Below, piece by piece: positions 38,876 through 52,479 of a stretch of DNA of 64,000 nt (position 1 is its first letter; every line of letters starts with the position of its first letter). The position numbers and the translations under genes were made by a program. Origin of the DNA: Octopus sinensis (taxonomy: Eukaryota); contig NC_043001.1 in NCBI RefSeq assembly GCF_006345805.1, positions 37,076,001-37,140,000 on the forward strand, in the 5' to 3' direction. Under the pieces are notes generated by a model. It saw nothing but the letters and a program-made list of their open reading frames with translations. It searched no databases and was not told the origin of the DNA.

Positions 38876-39740
38876 TACCAGGCAGTGGCTATGACTTCTG
38901 ATCATGCCCTAATGCTGTACTAGACAGTGACTCTCATGGCTTCTGATAATGCCCTGATGCAGTACCAAACAGCGGCTCTCATAACTTCTGATTACGCCCT
39001 GATGAGACACCAAGCATTGACTCTCATGACTGATTGGAAGTGTCATTATGTACATTGTTTTGTCTTGTTATAAAAGATGGACCACAGCAAATATTTTGTT
39101 CAATACCACAGATTTACTTGTCAGTTGTTTGACCTTAATCAGTCGAGCATGTTCCTTAGTGGCTCACGGTATGTGGCGGCGAGCTGGCAGAAACGTTAGC
39201 ACGCCGGGCGAAATGCGTAGCCGTAGTTCGTCTGTCGTTACGTTGTGAGTTCAAATTCCGCCGAGGTGGACTTTGCCTTTCATCCTTTCGGGGTCGATAA
39301 ATTAAGTACCAGTTACGCACTGGAGTCGATGTAATCGACCTAATACCTATGTCTGTCCTTGTTTGTCCCCTCTGTGTTTAGCCCCTTGTGGGTAATAAAG
39401 AAATCGGTATGTGCATCTGTGATCACGGGCAGAAGTAGTGGGGGAGCATCATAGCCATGTGTTGAGAATTCTTTGGGGTTGGATAATTCAACTCTGGCAA
39501 CATGGGTGTTTCGTTCAACATCCTTAAACAACCCTTATTCAGGGACTTTGTGAGCGGGATCGGCTACTCGACCTGAAGAAATTCTAACATGCGCTGTTTA
39601 TTTTGATACGAGATCACCATGTCACGCATGTGTCTGGTGGACCCTTATCAGACGAGTAGTCATGCATGGGTATACTGGATTTCGTATGTTTGTACCCCAG
39701 CGTCATTTTGATGGCATGCACTGCTCACTCGCACAATAGT
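38870..39740. mobile_element. Non-coding ~560 bp (AAT)n-flanked repeat, copy 1, with ~45-bp tandem head repeats and a nested SINE
   Basis: Homologous to 39996-40555. Interrupted by the SINE at 39176-39404. Confidence 0.75.
39176..39404 (+). mobile_element. SINE family B nested in the (AAT)-flanked repeat, 9-bp TSD CGGTATGTG. Other copies: 37130-37337, 57189-57420, 57500-57641
   Basis: TSD at 39167-39175 and 39405-39413. Confidence 0.88.
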
Positions 39741-39931
39741 AGTAGTAGTGGTAGTAGTAGTAGTAGTAGTAGTAATTTTTAAAATACCGCTTTGACTTTA
39801 TATATATTTTCCCATTCATTGTATTAATTTGGTTTTCGATGAGAAATAAATCAACGACGCTTATTGCTGGTCAATAATCTGTACAGTAGGGCTTGTTGAC
39901 ACAGAAAACATAATAAAACAACAACGATAAC

Positions 39932-39995
<64 letters not shown>

Positions 39996-39998
<3 letters not shown>

Positions 39999-40575
39999 GC
40001 CCTGATGCAGTACCAGGCAGTGGCTCTCATGGCTTCTGATCTTAACTGATTGGAAGTGTTATCATGTACATTGTTTTGTCTTCCTATAAAAGATGAGCTA
40101 CAGCAAATATTCTGCTCAATACCACAGATTTGCTTGTCAGTTGTTTGACCTTAACCAGTTGAGCATGTCCCTCAGTGGCTGACGATATGTGCATCTCTGA
40201 TCACGAGCAGAAGTAGTGGGGGAGCATCATAGCCATGTGTTGAGAGGGATTCTTTGGGGTTTGAATAATTCACCTCTGGAAACATGGGTGGTTCTTTCAA
40301 CATCCTTAAACAATCCTTATTCAGGGACCATTTGAGCGGGATGGACTACTCAACCTGAAGAAAATTCTAACTGGGCCCCACCTGCAAGGTCATGTGCTGT
40401 TTATCTTGATATGAGATCACCATGTCGCGCACATATGGTTGTGATGCATGTGCCTGGTGTACCCTTATCAGACGGGTAGTCATGATGGATATATTGGGCT
40501 TCGTATATTTTACCCCAGTGTCACTTTGATGGCATGCACTGCTCTCTCACTCAATAATAATAATAATAATAATAA
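39996..40575. mobile_element. Non-coding ~560 bp (AAT)n-flanked repeat, copy 2
   Basis: AAATGCCCTGATGCAGTACCAGG...GCACTGCTCTCTCACTC lying between two (AAT)n tracts. Confidence 0.75.
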
Positions 40576-40844
40576 TACAGCATTGTCGCTGTGAATTTTC
40601 TTTCCTTTTTTCCCCTTTATTTTACATTTTTATTTTTTCCTTTTTCTGTCTATCTTTCCCCTCTTCTCTATCACATGACTTTGTAAATGAACAATCTAGT
40701 GTGTTTATTTTAATGGCCTACTAATGTATACAGTACGTTTCGCTGACCTAGGTGTCAGGAAGACACTCGGCAAGAAATGGAAACAGAATTGAAAGAAAAT
40801 ACTAATGAAAATTATAAAAAATAATAATAACAACAATGTTACTC

Positions 40845-41186
40845 AAAATGAAACGGAGTAACTTTCAAAATACAAAGATCTGGAAATAGAGGTAACTCGA
40901 ATGTGGAGCCTAAAAACAGAAACAATTCCTATCATAGTAGGTGCACTGGGTATGATAACAAATATTCAGACAAATACATAACAAAAACACCAGGATCAAC
41001 AAGTATATATAACATACAAAAAATAGCACTACTAGGCACCGCACACATCCTACGTAAAACACTTTCAATACAGTAAAAATAAGAGCATCACAACAAACCA
41101 CAGCACATACCCAAGGTACACAGAGCTGCGCTCGGTAGTGCAGTGAAAGCATGTGATAAAAATAAGACTACTGAATAATGATGATG

Positions 41187-41240
<54 letters not shown>
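40845..41240 (+). mobile_element. R4/Dong-like 3' end with (AAT)n tail
   Basis: KYKDLEIEVTRMWSLKTETIPIIVGALG...IQKIALLGTAHILRKTLSIQ-stop, 3' UTR, (AAT)n. Confidence 0.85.
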
Positions 41241-41419
41241 TGATAGCACAGGAATCTGAGTCCCAACTACTACCCTTACCACTACCCCCACCTCTGCTAC
41301 TGTTGCTGTTGCTGCAACCACTGCTGCTACTACACATAAAAACAATAATATCAGTGATATCAGTGATGATGATAATAATAATAATGAAAGGAAACGAGTG
41401 GAGCCACTTCATGGGCTGA

Positions 41420-43570
41420 TTAATGATACATCTAGTGATGGTGTCACAGTAAAAATACTGGAAATTGCGTAGCCTAATAATCGCTACCTTGTATGAGTGA
41501 CAGTGAAAAAAACAAAAATATTGTGAATAACGGTGGTAATGAGACTGAAGCCAATGATGGTGACAGTGTTACACCCGGTAGGCTCTGAGATTCTGGTCCG
41601 GCTCCAGCCTGTCGATATTCAGAAAGGAACCACCACACACGGTGTACATGGAGCAAGCAAATTAATGTTGTGGTCATGGAGTCTTACTACCCGAGCAGCC
41701 CGGTAGATGAAAATGGTGCTCAAATTAGGGGTTACCGACAACGTATGTGTGATCATTGGAGAGAAAAGGGATTGTTTCAACTCACGGAATAGAGAATATG
41801 TGATCAAGCTAGAGCAATAAGAAAAAATTGTTGGTTCACAAAAGTAGAGCTCGAAGCTATCAAAAGACGGGTCATGGAAAATAGCAGCAGAGATAACAAT
41901 GAAAATACGGTTCTTACTAATAAGTGTAATTTCATAGCACAGGAAAGGAGCAGTGGTAGTTTACTTGATGAGAGACAAATAGATGATCTAAAAGAAGACA
42001 ATAAAATTAATAGCGACATGACAGATGAACAGAAGGCAGTCTACGACAGAATAAAGTTAAGATTACAGGAGAACGATAACGACATTATTTGCAATCTTAA
42101 AAAGGTTGTTCGATGGAAATTGAACCAAAAAACGAAAAATGTCAAGATAATTCTGAAATACATCAGAACAAACAACATCACAGAAACAAATAATTTGATC
42201 AAGGCAGCAAGTATTGTTGTAGCAGAAAACGTGGGTGTTGATGTCAAGAAAGAGAAACATATTGAGAGTGACAAAAGAAAAGATCCATGGTGGAAAAGAA
42301 GAACCCAGACAGGGTTAGACGTGCTTTCGAAGGAAATCTCTGTGTTAGACTGAAAAGAGAAAAGGGAGATTAAAAGCGAACAAAAATACAGGGCGCTGAA
42401 CAGGAAGTATAATATTGAAAGAAAGGGCCTGAAAATAGTAATAGAGGAACTGAAACAGTGCCTCGTTGCAAAGAAAGCAAAGATGGTAAGATACGACCAA
42501 AGAATGAAGGGCTACCACCAAAATAGGTTATTCAGAGTAGATCAGAAGAGATTCTATAAAGAAATAAATGGAGAGTGTACAAGATGAAAAGTTGATACCA
42601 GATAACATTGAAAGTCAAAGGTTTTGGGTGTAATATCTGGAGCAAAGACAAGGAGCACAAGAAGGATGCTGAATGATTGCAAGAACTGAAACAAACAGTA
42701 GTCTGTCTAAAACAGGCAGAACTAGTTATTTCAGTTAGGGAAGTGAAGTAAATCAGCAAAAAATGAGCAACTAGAAGACCCCGGGACCAGATGGAGTTCA
42801 AGACTACTGGATCAAAAGATTTGGTGAATGTCATGCACGAATAGCTGCGCAACTCAACACCTTGTTAAATGCCAACCAAGTAACACCAGAGTGGTTGACA
42901 TTGGGTAGGACAGTGCTGTGCTTGAAAAACATCAAAAAAAGGCAATACGGTAGACAATTACAGGCCAATATCCTGCCACTTATGTGGAAATTATTGACTG
43001 GAATACTCGTAGAGTCAATGTACGAACATCTGGTAAAAAAAATGGAGTCCTGCCACATGGGCAGAAGGGTTGTAAGCGTAAGTGCAGAGATACAAAGGAT
43101 CAACTCCTGATAGACAAAACTGTACTTAGAGACTGCAAGAGGAGGCAAAGTAACTTAGCCATGTCATGGATAGACCATCGTAAGGCGAGCGATATGATCC
43201 CACACTCTTGTAATATGGAGTGTATGAACCTATTTGGCATTACATCGAATGTTGAACGATTGCTTGGAAAAAGTATGGCGAATTGGAGGACGGACCTGAC
43301 AGCATACGGAAGAAGTTTAGGGACAGTCGAAATTAGGAGGGGCATCTTCCAAGGGGACTGCATGTCCCTACTGATCTTTGTACTGTGCTTGATACCACTA
43401 ACACTGATTCTGAGGAAAGCAAAAGCTGGGTATGTATTCAAAAGCCGCCAACAAAAAGTCAACCATTTGTTATTCATGGATGACCTCAAACTTTATGGTA
43501 AAGATGAAGCCCAAGTCAGTTCCCACGTTGATACGGTGTATACTTTCAGTGCTGATATCAGAATGGAGTG
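41420..43570 (+). mobile_element. R4/Dong-like RLE non-LTR retrotransposon, N-terminus to RT motif 5-6, decayed
   Basis: WSKQINVVVMESYY...RGYRQRM, NYRPISCLP-like segment, [56 protein letters not shown]. Many stops and frameshifts. Confidence 0.9.
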
Positions 43571-44121
43571 TGACAAGGCTTTGTTCTTTGAAATACACGT
43601 ACAACAGAAACAGGAAGAAAGAGTGAGAAAAAGTTGTGGTGAAAGAGTACAGCAGGGTTCGCTACTACCCCCTGCAGGAGCCTCGTGGAGCTTTGGGTAT
43701 TTTCGCTCAATAAACACTCACATTCTGGGAATCGAAATCGCTATCCTACGACTGCGAATCCGCTGCCCTAACCACTGGGCCAGTACACCTCCAAAAGGAG
43801 CACTCCGTCGGTTACGACGACGAGGGTCCCAACTGATACGATCAACAGAACAGCTTGCTCGTGAATTTAACGTGCAAGTGGCTGAGCAATCCACAGACAC
43901 GTGCACCTCTAACATAGTTCTCAGTGAGATTCAGCGTGACACAGAGTTTGACAAGGCTGACCCTTTGAAATACAAGTACAACTCATTTTTGCCAGCCGAG
44001 TGGACTGGAGCAACGTGAAATAAAGTGTCTTGCTCAAGGACACAAGGCGTCGCCGGGAATTGAACTCACCACCTTACAATCGTGAGTCGATTGCCCCAAC
44101 CACTAAGCCATGCGCCTTCAC
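43571..44121 (-). mobile_element. Tandem/dimeric family-D SINE that truncates the first R4/Dong element
   Basis: Two tRNA-like heads (near 44121 and near 43790) and a duplicated TGACAAGGCT...TTTGAAATACA.GTACAAC block. Confidence 0.7.
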
Positions 44122-44150
44122 AATAATAAGGACAATAATAATTATGATAA

Positions 44151-44193
<43 letters not shown>

Positions 44194-44199
44194 ACAAAC

Positions 44200-46770
44200 A
44201 TAACTGAAGCCCTGAGAGCAAAAGAGATAGTTAAACAAAATATGCAGGTTAAGGCCCAATGCTTACGCAGGTATGATAAGAAAAACACATTTTATAGAGA
44301 AAATACGATATTTAAAACTAATGCTAAGAAATTCTACCGTGAATTAGGGAAACGGCCGATCAAAGTAAAAGACCCGCTTGAAATAAGAGAAGTAGTGACA
44401 TTTTGGAAACGCATATGGAACGCTAGAAAGGAATTCAACAAGGAAGCTGATATTACAAAGCAGGAACTAGCTTAAGCTCTGTCTAAAACTCGTAACTGGA
44501 AGTCTTGGGACATAATGAAATCCTAAACTTAATAGCCTTTCAACATCACACAGTCAGTTAATGGAATGTTTCTTTAATATCATCAAAAACTCCGAAAAGA
44601 CTCCAAGCTGGTTAACATTAGGGGTAACATACCTGCTCTCTAAAACGAGCGACACAAGAAACCCCAAAAGCTACAGGCCGATCATTTGTTTGACTACCAT
44701 GTACAAAACATTTACATCCATCCTCACCGAAAGGATGTACCAATTACTCGATGAAAACAACGTTCTTCCCCTTGAACAAAAATAGTGCAAAAGAAAGTCC
44801 TATGGATGCAAAAACCAACTATTAATAAACCGTGTGACACTCGAAAATTGCTCGTGAAAAAAAAAAAAATCTTAGCACAGCTTGGATTGACTATTGCAAA
44901 GCATTTGACAGTGTCCCACATAGCCGGATCTTAAAGACACTAAATATATACAAGAGCTCTCCTTTCGTGGAATGTTTTCAACAGCACAGTATGGGACTGT
45001 GGAACACAAAATTATTTCTCAACCACGAGAAAGGCACTGTGTATCAGGGAACATCAAAATAGATCGTGGAATATTCTAGGATGGCTCACTCTCCCCTCTC
45101 CTTTTATGTTTCCCCCTCATTCCCTTGTTCCACGAGCTGAATAGAACAGATCACGGTTACAAAATGTTTGACAAGATCATCTCACACTTGCTCTACATGG
45201 ATGATCTGAAAACATTTGCAAAAGAAGAAAATGACCTGAAAGGGCTACAGGTAACAGTGAAAAAATTCAGCGATGGCACCAATATGGAATTTGGCCTTAA
45301 CAAGAGTGCAAAATCATCGTTCAGACGTGGTAAACTGACAGCTATTACCACGACCCAACTAGATCATGAAACATCTATCAAGGACCTGGATCAAGAAGAT
45401 TTTTATAAGTATCTTGGGGTACTCGAAGGAGAAGGGATTTAACACGGATCAATGAAAGAGAATATCAGGAAAAAGTATTAAAAATGTGTCAGAATGATGC
45501 TGGATACTGAGCTGAACTCTTAGAATAGAATTGCAGCTATAAAACTCCCTGTGGTACCAGTTGTCCAGTATAGCCTTAATGTCATCAATTAGAATCTGAG
45601 TGAACTCCAGCGTATTGACATAAAGATTAGGAAACTGCAGACGATAAACAGGATGCACCACCCAAAATCAGACGTCCATAGGCTCTATCTCCCACGAAAG
45701 GAAGGCGTTAGATGTGTAATCCAACTTGAAACGTCCTATAAAACGTCAGCGATAACTCTCCAAGTGTACATCCAAAATAACACCGACTGAGTAATACAGC
45801 TGGTAAGGCAACATGAGCAGAGTAAGAAACTACATTCTATTTTAAAGGAGACATATAATTAGGGGCGAGAGCTTAGCCTCCTTGATTGTAATGATTACAA
45901 GGAGGACACACCACTACTAAAGTAGCAAAAATGAGTAAAGCAAAAACCAAACAGGAAAGCTTGAAGGTAATATCGAGATTGTGGAAAGAAAACCCATTGC
46001 ATGGACAATACCTCAAACGAACTGGGGAAGCTGATGTAGATATGAAAAGAACTCATAAGGATTTATCCTAGCGGCACAAGATCAGAGTATCCTCACTCAG
46101 AACTATCAAGCTAATGTCACACACAATGATGTAGACACAAAGTATAGACTCTGAAATGACTAACTTGAGAGTATTGAGCACATTGTTGCCGGTTGCTCGG
46201 TCCTTGCCCTTACAGAATATAATTCCAGGCATGATCGAGTTAGCTAATACTTTCACTGGAGCGTATACTGTCACTATGACATCCTGCACCCTAAGAACTG
46301 GTATGAACATCATCTAGAGCCAATCTCTGAATGAGAGAATGTTACCATCCTATGGAATTATGAGATACATACAGACAGGTAAATAAATGATAACAGACCA
46401 GATATCGTCATCAAGGACCTAAGACAAAAACATGCCTGTTAATTGATATGACAGTACTTACTAATAGAAACATTTCAGCAAAGGAATTTTAAAAACCGTC
46501 GAAATATAAGGACCTTGAGATTGAGGTATATAGAACGTGGCAATTAAAAACCAAAACCATCCTTCTTGTCGTAGATACCCTGAGAATGATCAAGAAAGGC
46601 AGTGACAAGTTTTTTGACAAGAGCCCTTGAGAACCAACAATCTATGAGACTCAAAAAATTGTGTTGACATCAACCGCCCACGTTCTCAGGAAGTTTCTCT
46701 CCATTTAATATATACGTGCCTTAGGTCTCTGGCTGAGATCCGGTCGGAAGATGAAATGAAATGCAAATCA
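44200..46770 (+). mobile_element. Second R4/Dong-like element (different family): RT + CCHC + RLE endonuclease, decayed
   Basis: YRPIICLTTMYK, WIDYCKAFDSVPHS, SHLLYMDDLKTFAK, EHIVAGCSVLA.TEY, RPDIVIKD-type PD..D nuclease, QKIVL.STAHVLRK C-terminus. Confidence 0.88.
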
Positions 46771-46789
46771 ATCTGGAATTGACATGAGA

Positions 46790-46995
46790 GCAGAACAAGC
46801 CCCAAAAACTGCGCTGCTGGGGACAGCTAGGATTTTGAGATTGGTACTTGGATGTTGAATGTCTGTCACGACAATTGACAACCAAGTATCAAAGCTTACA
46901 GTGTGCGGAACGAGATCCCGAAGACCTCTGACAGCATGCTACTGTCCGCTCTCACAGAAGCTAACCAGAACAAACAAGATCGAGCGCTCTGAGAA
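46790..46995 (+). mobile_element. 3' end of a third R4/Dong-like family with (AAC)n tail
   Basis: QKTALLGTARILRLVLGC-stop, 3' UTR, then an AAC repeat. Confidence 0.7.
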
Positions 46996-47475
46996 GTAAA
47001 CCAACAACAACAATAACAACAGCAACAGCAACAACAACCACAACAACCACAACAATAACAACAATGATAATAAGGAAAGTATTAGTAGCTGAAAAGAATG
47101 GATATCATGGTACCGTAGGTTGCAGGTAGCAAGCCCGCTACGCATGTAAGACTCCAATAGCTCCAACAAAACCCGTAATAAAGAGAAATAATAATGATAA
47201 TAATAACAATAATAACAATAATAATAATAACAACAACAACAACAACAACAACAACAACTTAAAGACTGATGATGTCATTCCATCAACGTGTGTACGCTGA
47301 TTACTCTCGTTCATACTTTAAATTTAAATTTCTATAATTTTGAACTTTTATCACCTCTTATTTTGAACTTGACAAAGACAGACTTACTGTCGAAATATCG
47401 TTCAACCAATAAAATATCTATTACAATCGAATCGCGCTCTTCGTCTTGACTGTTTACCTTTGTGAAGAGTTACGC

Positions 47476-47577
<102 letters not shown>

Positions 47578-47589
47578 AATAATAATAGG

Positions 47590-48835
47590 AACAGGAACGT
47601 TATAGAGTGAACCCTGATACTGTGGTGGGTGGACATGGAAGGGAGATGAACCAACTAGATAATGAATTGCTTGAAATGAAAGTCAAGGTCAGCGAGGCGT
47701 ATCAAAGAAGGGTGAAGATGGAGTTGAAATCCAACCGGAATGCCAAAAATTTGATTACCGCTATGAATATCTGGGTAGTTGCGGTGGTCAGATATAGTGT
47801 GTCCATCCTCAAATGGACTAAGGAGGAAATATCAACGCTAGATAAAGCAAATGTAAACAGATTGTGTATGAAAAGAAAGAATGGTGGCAGAGGACTAATT
47901 AGTATAGACCATTGTATAAGGAGTGAAAGGAGAACGCTTGCCAAGTATTTGATAAATATTGATGAAGACCTGCTGCAATATGCCGCGAAAGATATGGGTG
48001 TAAATGCAGATGAAATAATGGGCAAGGAAGAGTTTAACCAAATAGCTGAGGAGAAGAGAAAAGAAATACCTTCTTGAAATGAGAATGCATGGACAGTTTG
48101 AAAGGAATACACAAGACGTTAAGGATAATACAGCATCGTGGGCATGGCTTGAGCGAGGTGATTTGAAGCGTACCACCGAAAGCCTGATCATTGTTGCTCA
48201 AGACCAGGCTCTCGCTACCAATTTAGTTAAGTATAACATCTATAAAACTTCTGACACCCAGAAATGCAGACTCTGTGGAAGGAGTGTGGAAAATGTGACC
48301 CACTTGGTAAGTGGATGTGAAAGCCTTGCACAAAAAGAATACAAACGCCGCCACAATAAAATGTGTGTGTATCTTCATTGGCTCTTATGCCGTAAATACC
48401 AATATGAAGTAACAGAGCATTGGTATGGGCATGTACCAAGTAATGTTATGCAGGAGGATGGAAAAGTAACGATACTCTGGAACTATGATTTTCAGACGGA
48501 TCGTGTAATCGAACACTGTCGGTCGGATATTGAGTAAGAGAGACAAATACTGTCAAACCATTGATGTAGCCATACCGAATGACATGAATGTTGTGAGTAA
48601 AGAGGTTGAAAAAAATCACCTAGTACTCCGAATTGAAAGTGGAAATGGCAAGACTGTATGGAATGCGAGAGGGTAATGTAAAAGCGATACCAGTGGTGAT
48701 CGGAGCGTTGGGCTCAACCCCATTGAAACTTCAAAACTTCTTAAGGTAACTGGAAATCCCGTGCAAGATAGGGCACAGCGCACATCTTAAGGAAAGTATT
48801 ATCTGCCTGAGGTCCTTGTTGTGACTTGACAGATG
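47590..48835 (+). mobile_element. 5'-truncated R4/Dong-like element (thumb, CCHC zinc knuckle, RLE)
   Basis: AMNIWVVAVVRYS..ILKWT, MHGQF, CRLCGRSVENVTHLVSGCESLAQKEYKRRHN, ILWNYDFQTDRVIEHCRSDI. Confidence 0.88.
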
Positions 48836-48894
48836 ATTAAAGATTCCGGTGCATTTTTACCTACACTGTGTTACGAAGGAATAATGATAATAAT

Positions 48895-49218
48895 AAACGG
48901 AGAAACTTTCAAAATACAAAGATCAGGAAATAGAGGTAACTCGAATATGGAGTCTAAAAACAGAAACAATTCTTACCATTGTAGACGCATTAGGTATGAT
49001 AAAAAATATCCAGACAAATACATAACAAAAACGCCAGGACTAACAAGTGTATATAACATACAGAAAATAGCACTACTAGGCACCACACACATCCTACGTA
49101 AAATACTTTCAATACAGTAAAAATTAGAGCATTACAAGCCACAAACCACAGTACATACCCAAGACACACAGAGTTGCACGCGGTAGTGCAGTGAAAGCAC
49201 ATGATAAAAATAAGACAA

Positions 49219-49274
<56 letters not shown>

Positions 49275-49276
49275 TG

Positions 49277-49330
<54 letters not shown>
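48895..49330 (+). mobile_element. R4/Dong-like 3' end, same family as 40845-41240, with long (AAT)n tail
   Basis: IQKIALLGTTHILRKILSIQ-stop and a near-identical 3' UTR. Confidence 0.85.
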
Positions 49331-49333
<3 letters not shown>

Positions 49334-49334
49334 G

Positions 49335-49639
49335 CAAAAGGGGCTGATTGCTACCTAGCTCAGATACCAGGAAACCCCCAAAATGGCAAAAATTCAAAAG
49401 ATAGTGCTCATGGCAACTGCTCATATCCTACGCAAAATACTTTCTATGTAATCTCAAGTTTTAAAACAAACATGATTTTCGTATGGTTTTTTAGGCATTC
49501 ACTAGTACAACACTAAGTACAAAACCAAATATATGGCACCCTAGACATAACGCCAACATGAACTTCCAACTTGTCTCTTGAGGTCTCTGGGTGAGACTTG
49601 GAGCCAGTTTGTGCAAATGTAAAGCAAAAGTCAAACATA

Positions 49640-49683
<44 letters not shown>

Positions 49684-49715
49684 TAATAATAATAATAATA
49701 GTAATAGTAATAATG
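49335..49715 (+). mobile_element. Short R4/Dong-like 3' end of another family with (AAT)n tail
   Basis: KIQKIVLMATAHILRKILSM-stop, distinct 3' UTR, (AAT)n. Confidence 0.75.
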
Positions 49716-49719
49716 AAAT

Positions 49720-50680
49720 TTCTCTAAATAAAGTAGCCCCAACTCTACTTAAATATATCAAACATGCAATGGCAAACTAGAAAGCCAGTATGACATTGAA
49801 AAATGAATCACAAGTCATTAAAACCTGGGAAGTCATTAAAACTTGAGAAGCGGGATTTTCCAGGGAGACTCGCTGTCAACTCCGCTTTCCTGCCTTTCTC
49901 TGACTCCAATAACAAACTTATTAAATGAAACCACCATGGATTATAGATGCTATGGACAAACAATAAGCTATCTCCTGTACATGGATGGCTTAAAAAGTTT
50001 TCACTAAAAACACCACGGAACAGAAAAACCTTCTAAAAATTGTTCCTAGCTTCAGCAAGGACATCGGGATGATCATGGGGCTCGACAAATGTACCGAAGG
50101 GACTCTGATGAGAGGTAAATCAATCAGCACTAAAAACACTGCACTCAACATAGACACAGAGATCAGAGAATGAGACCACAATCGCCCATGTAAATATCTA
50201 GAAATAGACGAAACAGCTAAAATACAACACACAATAACAGTCATAAATTACAGCTTCAACATAATAAACTGGAAGATCAGGAATTGAGAAGCTTAGAAAA
50301 ATCAGAAAAATATTAACAACATTCCGAAGTCACCACCCAAAGCAGACGCAGACAGAATATTATATCTAACCCGCTCAGAAGGAGGCCGTGATTTCATACA
50401 GACAGAGAACTACCATTGGTAGGCCGGATACCGAACGCATTGCGCACACAACACACAATACAAGCTCTAATACAACAAAAGCATCACGCCTCAAAAACAA
50501 GAAAGCAAAAAAGCAACTGACGCAACTGACGCAATACAATACCGGGAGAGCTTGCATTCTACCAACAACCAAGAAAAACGCACAATGCTGTACGCACCCA
50601 GCAACAAGCAGGTGACGCATTACAAATTTACATGAAAGAACCAAATGTTGAACAATGATAATAATAATAACAATAATGTT
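49720..50680 (+). mobile_element. Internally deleted R4/Dong-like fragment with (AAT)n tail
   Basis: GIFQGDSLS, L.YMDGLK...FSKDIGM..GLDKC, HPKADADRILYL.RSEGGRDF. Confidence 0.7.
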
Positions 50681-50909
50681 CGTGCTTGTTTCCACATAAT
50701 CACCGCAGCGGAACGCGAGAGTATTTCTTTTTAAGTTAATTTAACATTACATTGCTTAAGCTGACAACATTTTAAACTTTCCATCATGCAATACTTTGAT
50801 GTAGGTCAGATGAAACCTTTACAGGGGGCCAAGCATGATCAAGTCTGGGGTATATCTTAGTCTGAAGAGGAAGCAGTTTTGGTAATGTTAAGTCAAGTCT
50901 GATGTGTGT

Positions 50910-50952
<43 letters not shown>

Positions 50953-50956
50953 CGCG

Positions 50957-51743
50957 TGTTCTCTGTTCCTCCCACGTGCTTGGTGCTTGACCAAGTATGA
51001 TCTTTCTTTCTTGGCCTGACCGCCGCTCACACCACACCTTATTTTCCTTCTCCTGACTTTCGTCTATGTTATCGTGTTAGCGTACACTCGAGTGAAATTC
51101 CTCTCCCCTTTATTATATATGCGTACATTCGAACGTAGCAGATAACAGCTAGCCTTTGGCTGCTATTAGGACCCCGTTGTGTCCACTACTCTGATTGGTT
51201 GGTATTGGCTCAATTTCCTTCTTACTCTGTCGCGCCAATATCCAGCGTATAACCAGTCGAAGCCCCTAAATAATATTACGTGAGACAGTCTGTTCTCAAC
51301 CCTGCTTGAACCTACTGTTCCTTATAAAAACTCACCTTCTCCTCGTCTCAAGGTCTTTGGTTCCAGACCTTTTAATGTCTAGCTACTAACCACACAAGAC
51401 ACAGCCAGTTCCAGCGACAACGTCAGACGACAACACCCGTCCAACAGAACAGGCTCAGGTTTCAGCATAGCACTGTTCGTGAATTACTTCCCCATGGATG
51501 TACAGCAAAGATACAACGTGCGAGCCAGACGACAACACCCGTCCAACAGCATTACGGCAATTTCTTTCTTCGTCGCTACCATCATCATCTTAACGTCGTC
51601 AACATCATCTCTCTACGTATACAGCACAGGCAACACTGCACAGGTTCCAACATAGTACGTTTGTGAATTACTTCACCATGGTTAACAGTGAATATACAAA
51701 CTGCGAGAACGCCTGTACAAGTGATCCAGGTAGCAGCATTACA
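50957..51743 (+). mobile_element. LTR-like segment
   Basis: TGT...ACA ends, ATTGG/CCAAT boxes, TATAAAAA near 51322, internal direct repeats (CAGACGACAACACCCGTCCAACAG x2). No TSD. Confidence 0.35.
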
Positions 51744-51744
51744 G

Positions 51745-52190
51745 CCACAACCTCGTGCTGCTTTTCCTGCATCTCTACCCCTTTTGTGCATCGTGTATTT
51801 GATTGATATTTCCTGTTCCTGGATTGCAAACGCATGCCCTTCAAAGTGGGAGGTCGTAATCCGGCTGTTGGTCCATGATAGACTGCTTTGATGATCGATG
51901 TGTACTATCATCTTGGAGCTTTCTTCTAACATGTCCATGCATAGTCTGCTGCTCATACAGGCTCGTGTTTTTATCTGATGATACGTTGTAGTAGAGTCGT
52001 GCGACTTCTTTGGGCATATATTCTAGGTTATCAGACAAGGAATATTGCTCAAGGAGCTGTCTTCCAAGTCTTATGATGTTACCAGCCTCATGTATGCAAA
52101 TTTGGTCATGGGATGCACTTCGACACTTGGTGGTTAAAAGATATTGCAGAAGGAATATGACACGACATTCAAAGTCATTTTAAATTGATG
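51745..52190 (-). mobile_element. R4/Dong-like fragment, minus strand
   Basis: QQTMHGH and FEGHAFAIQEQEISIKY segments. Confidence 0.65.
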
Positions 52191-52479
52191 TCAAGCTTCT
52201 GCCGCCACGTTTTTGTTTTGGTAGAGGCGGTCTAAGTCATGGTTTATGTGGAAATTATGTATACTATTAGTATTGATACGAACGCAAAAAAAGAACAAAA
52301 ACATTATGTCCCTTTTCCATTTGCTGGGTTCGAAACGGTGTTCTAGTTGTTCAGGTCAGTGGTATTTCCATTGTCTTGTCAAGGAGCACGATTGTTTATG
52401 GCCGTAGGCATTTGACTTCTGGCCCTCTACGGTCACAGAAAGTTTAAAGAAGATAAAGTTTTGGAAGGGAAACACGCAC

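Noticed and set aside
42984-44018. 344-aa ORF, the longest in the track
   Set aside because: Chimeric: R4/Dong RT up to ~43570, then read-through into an antisense SINE dimer. Not a gene.
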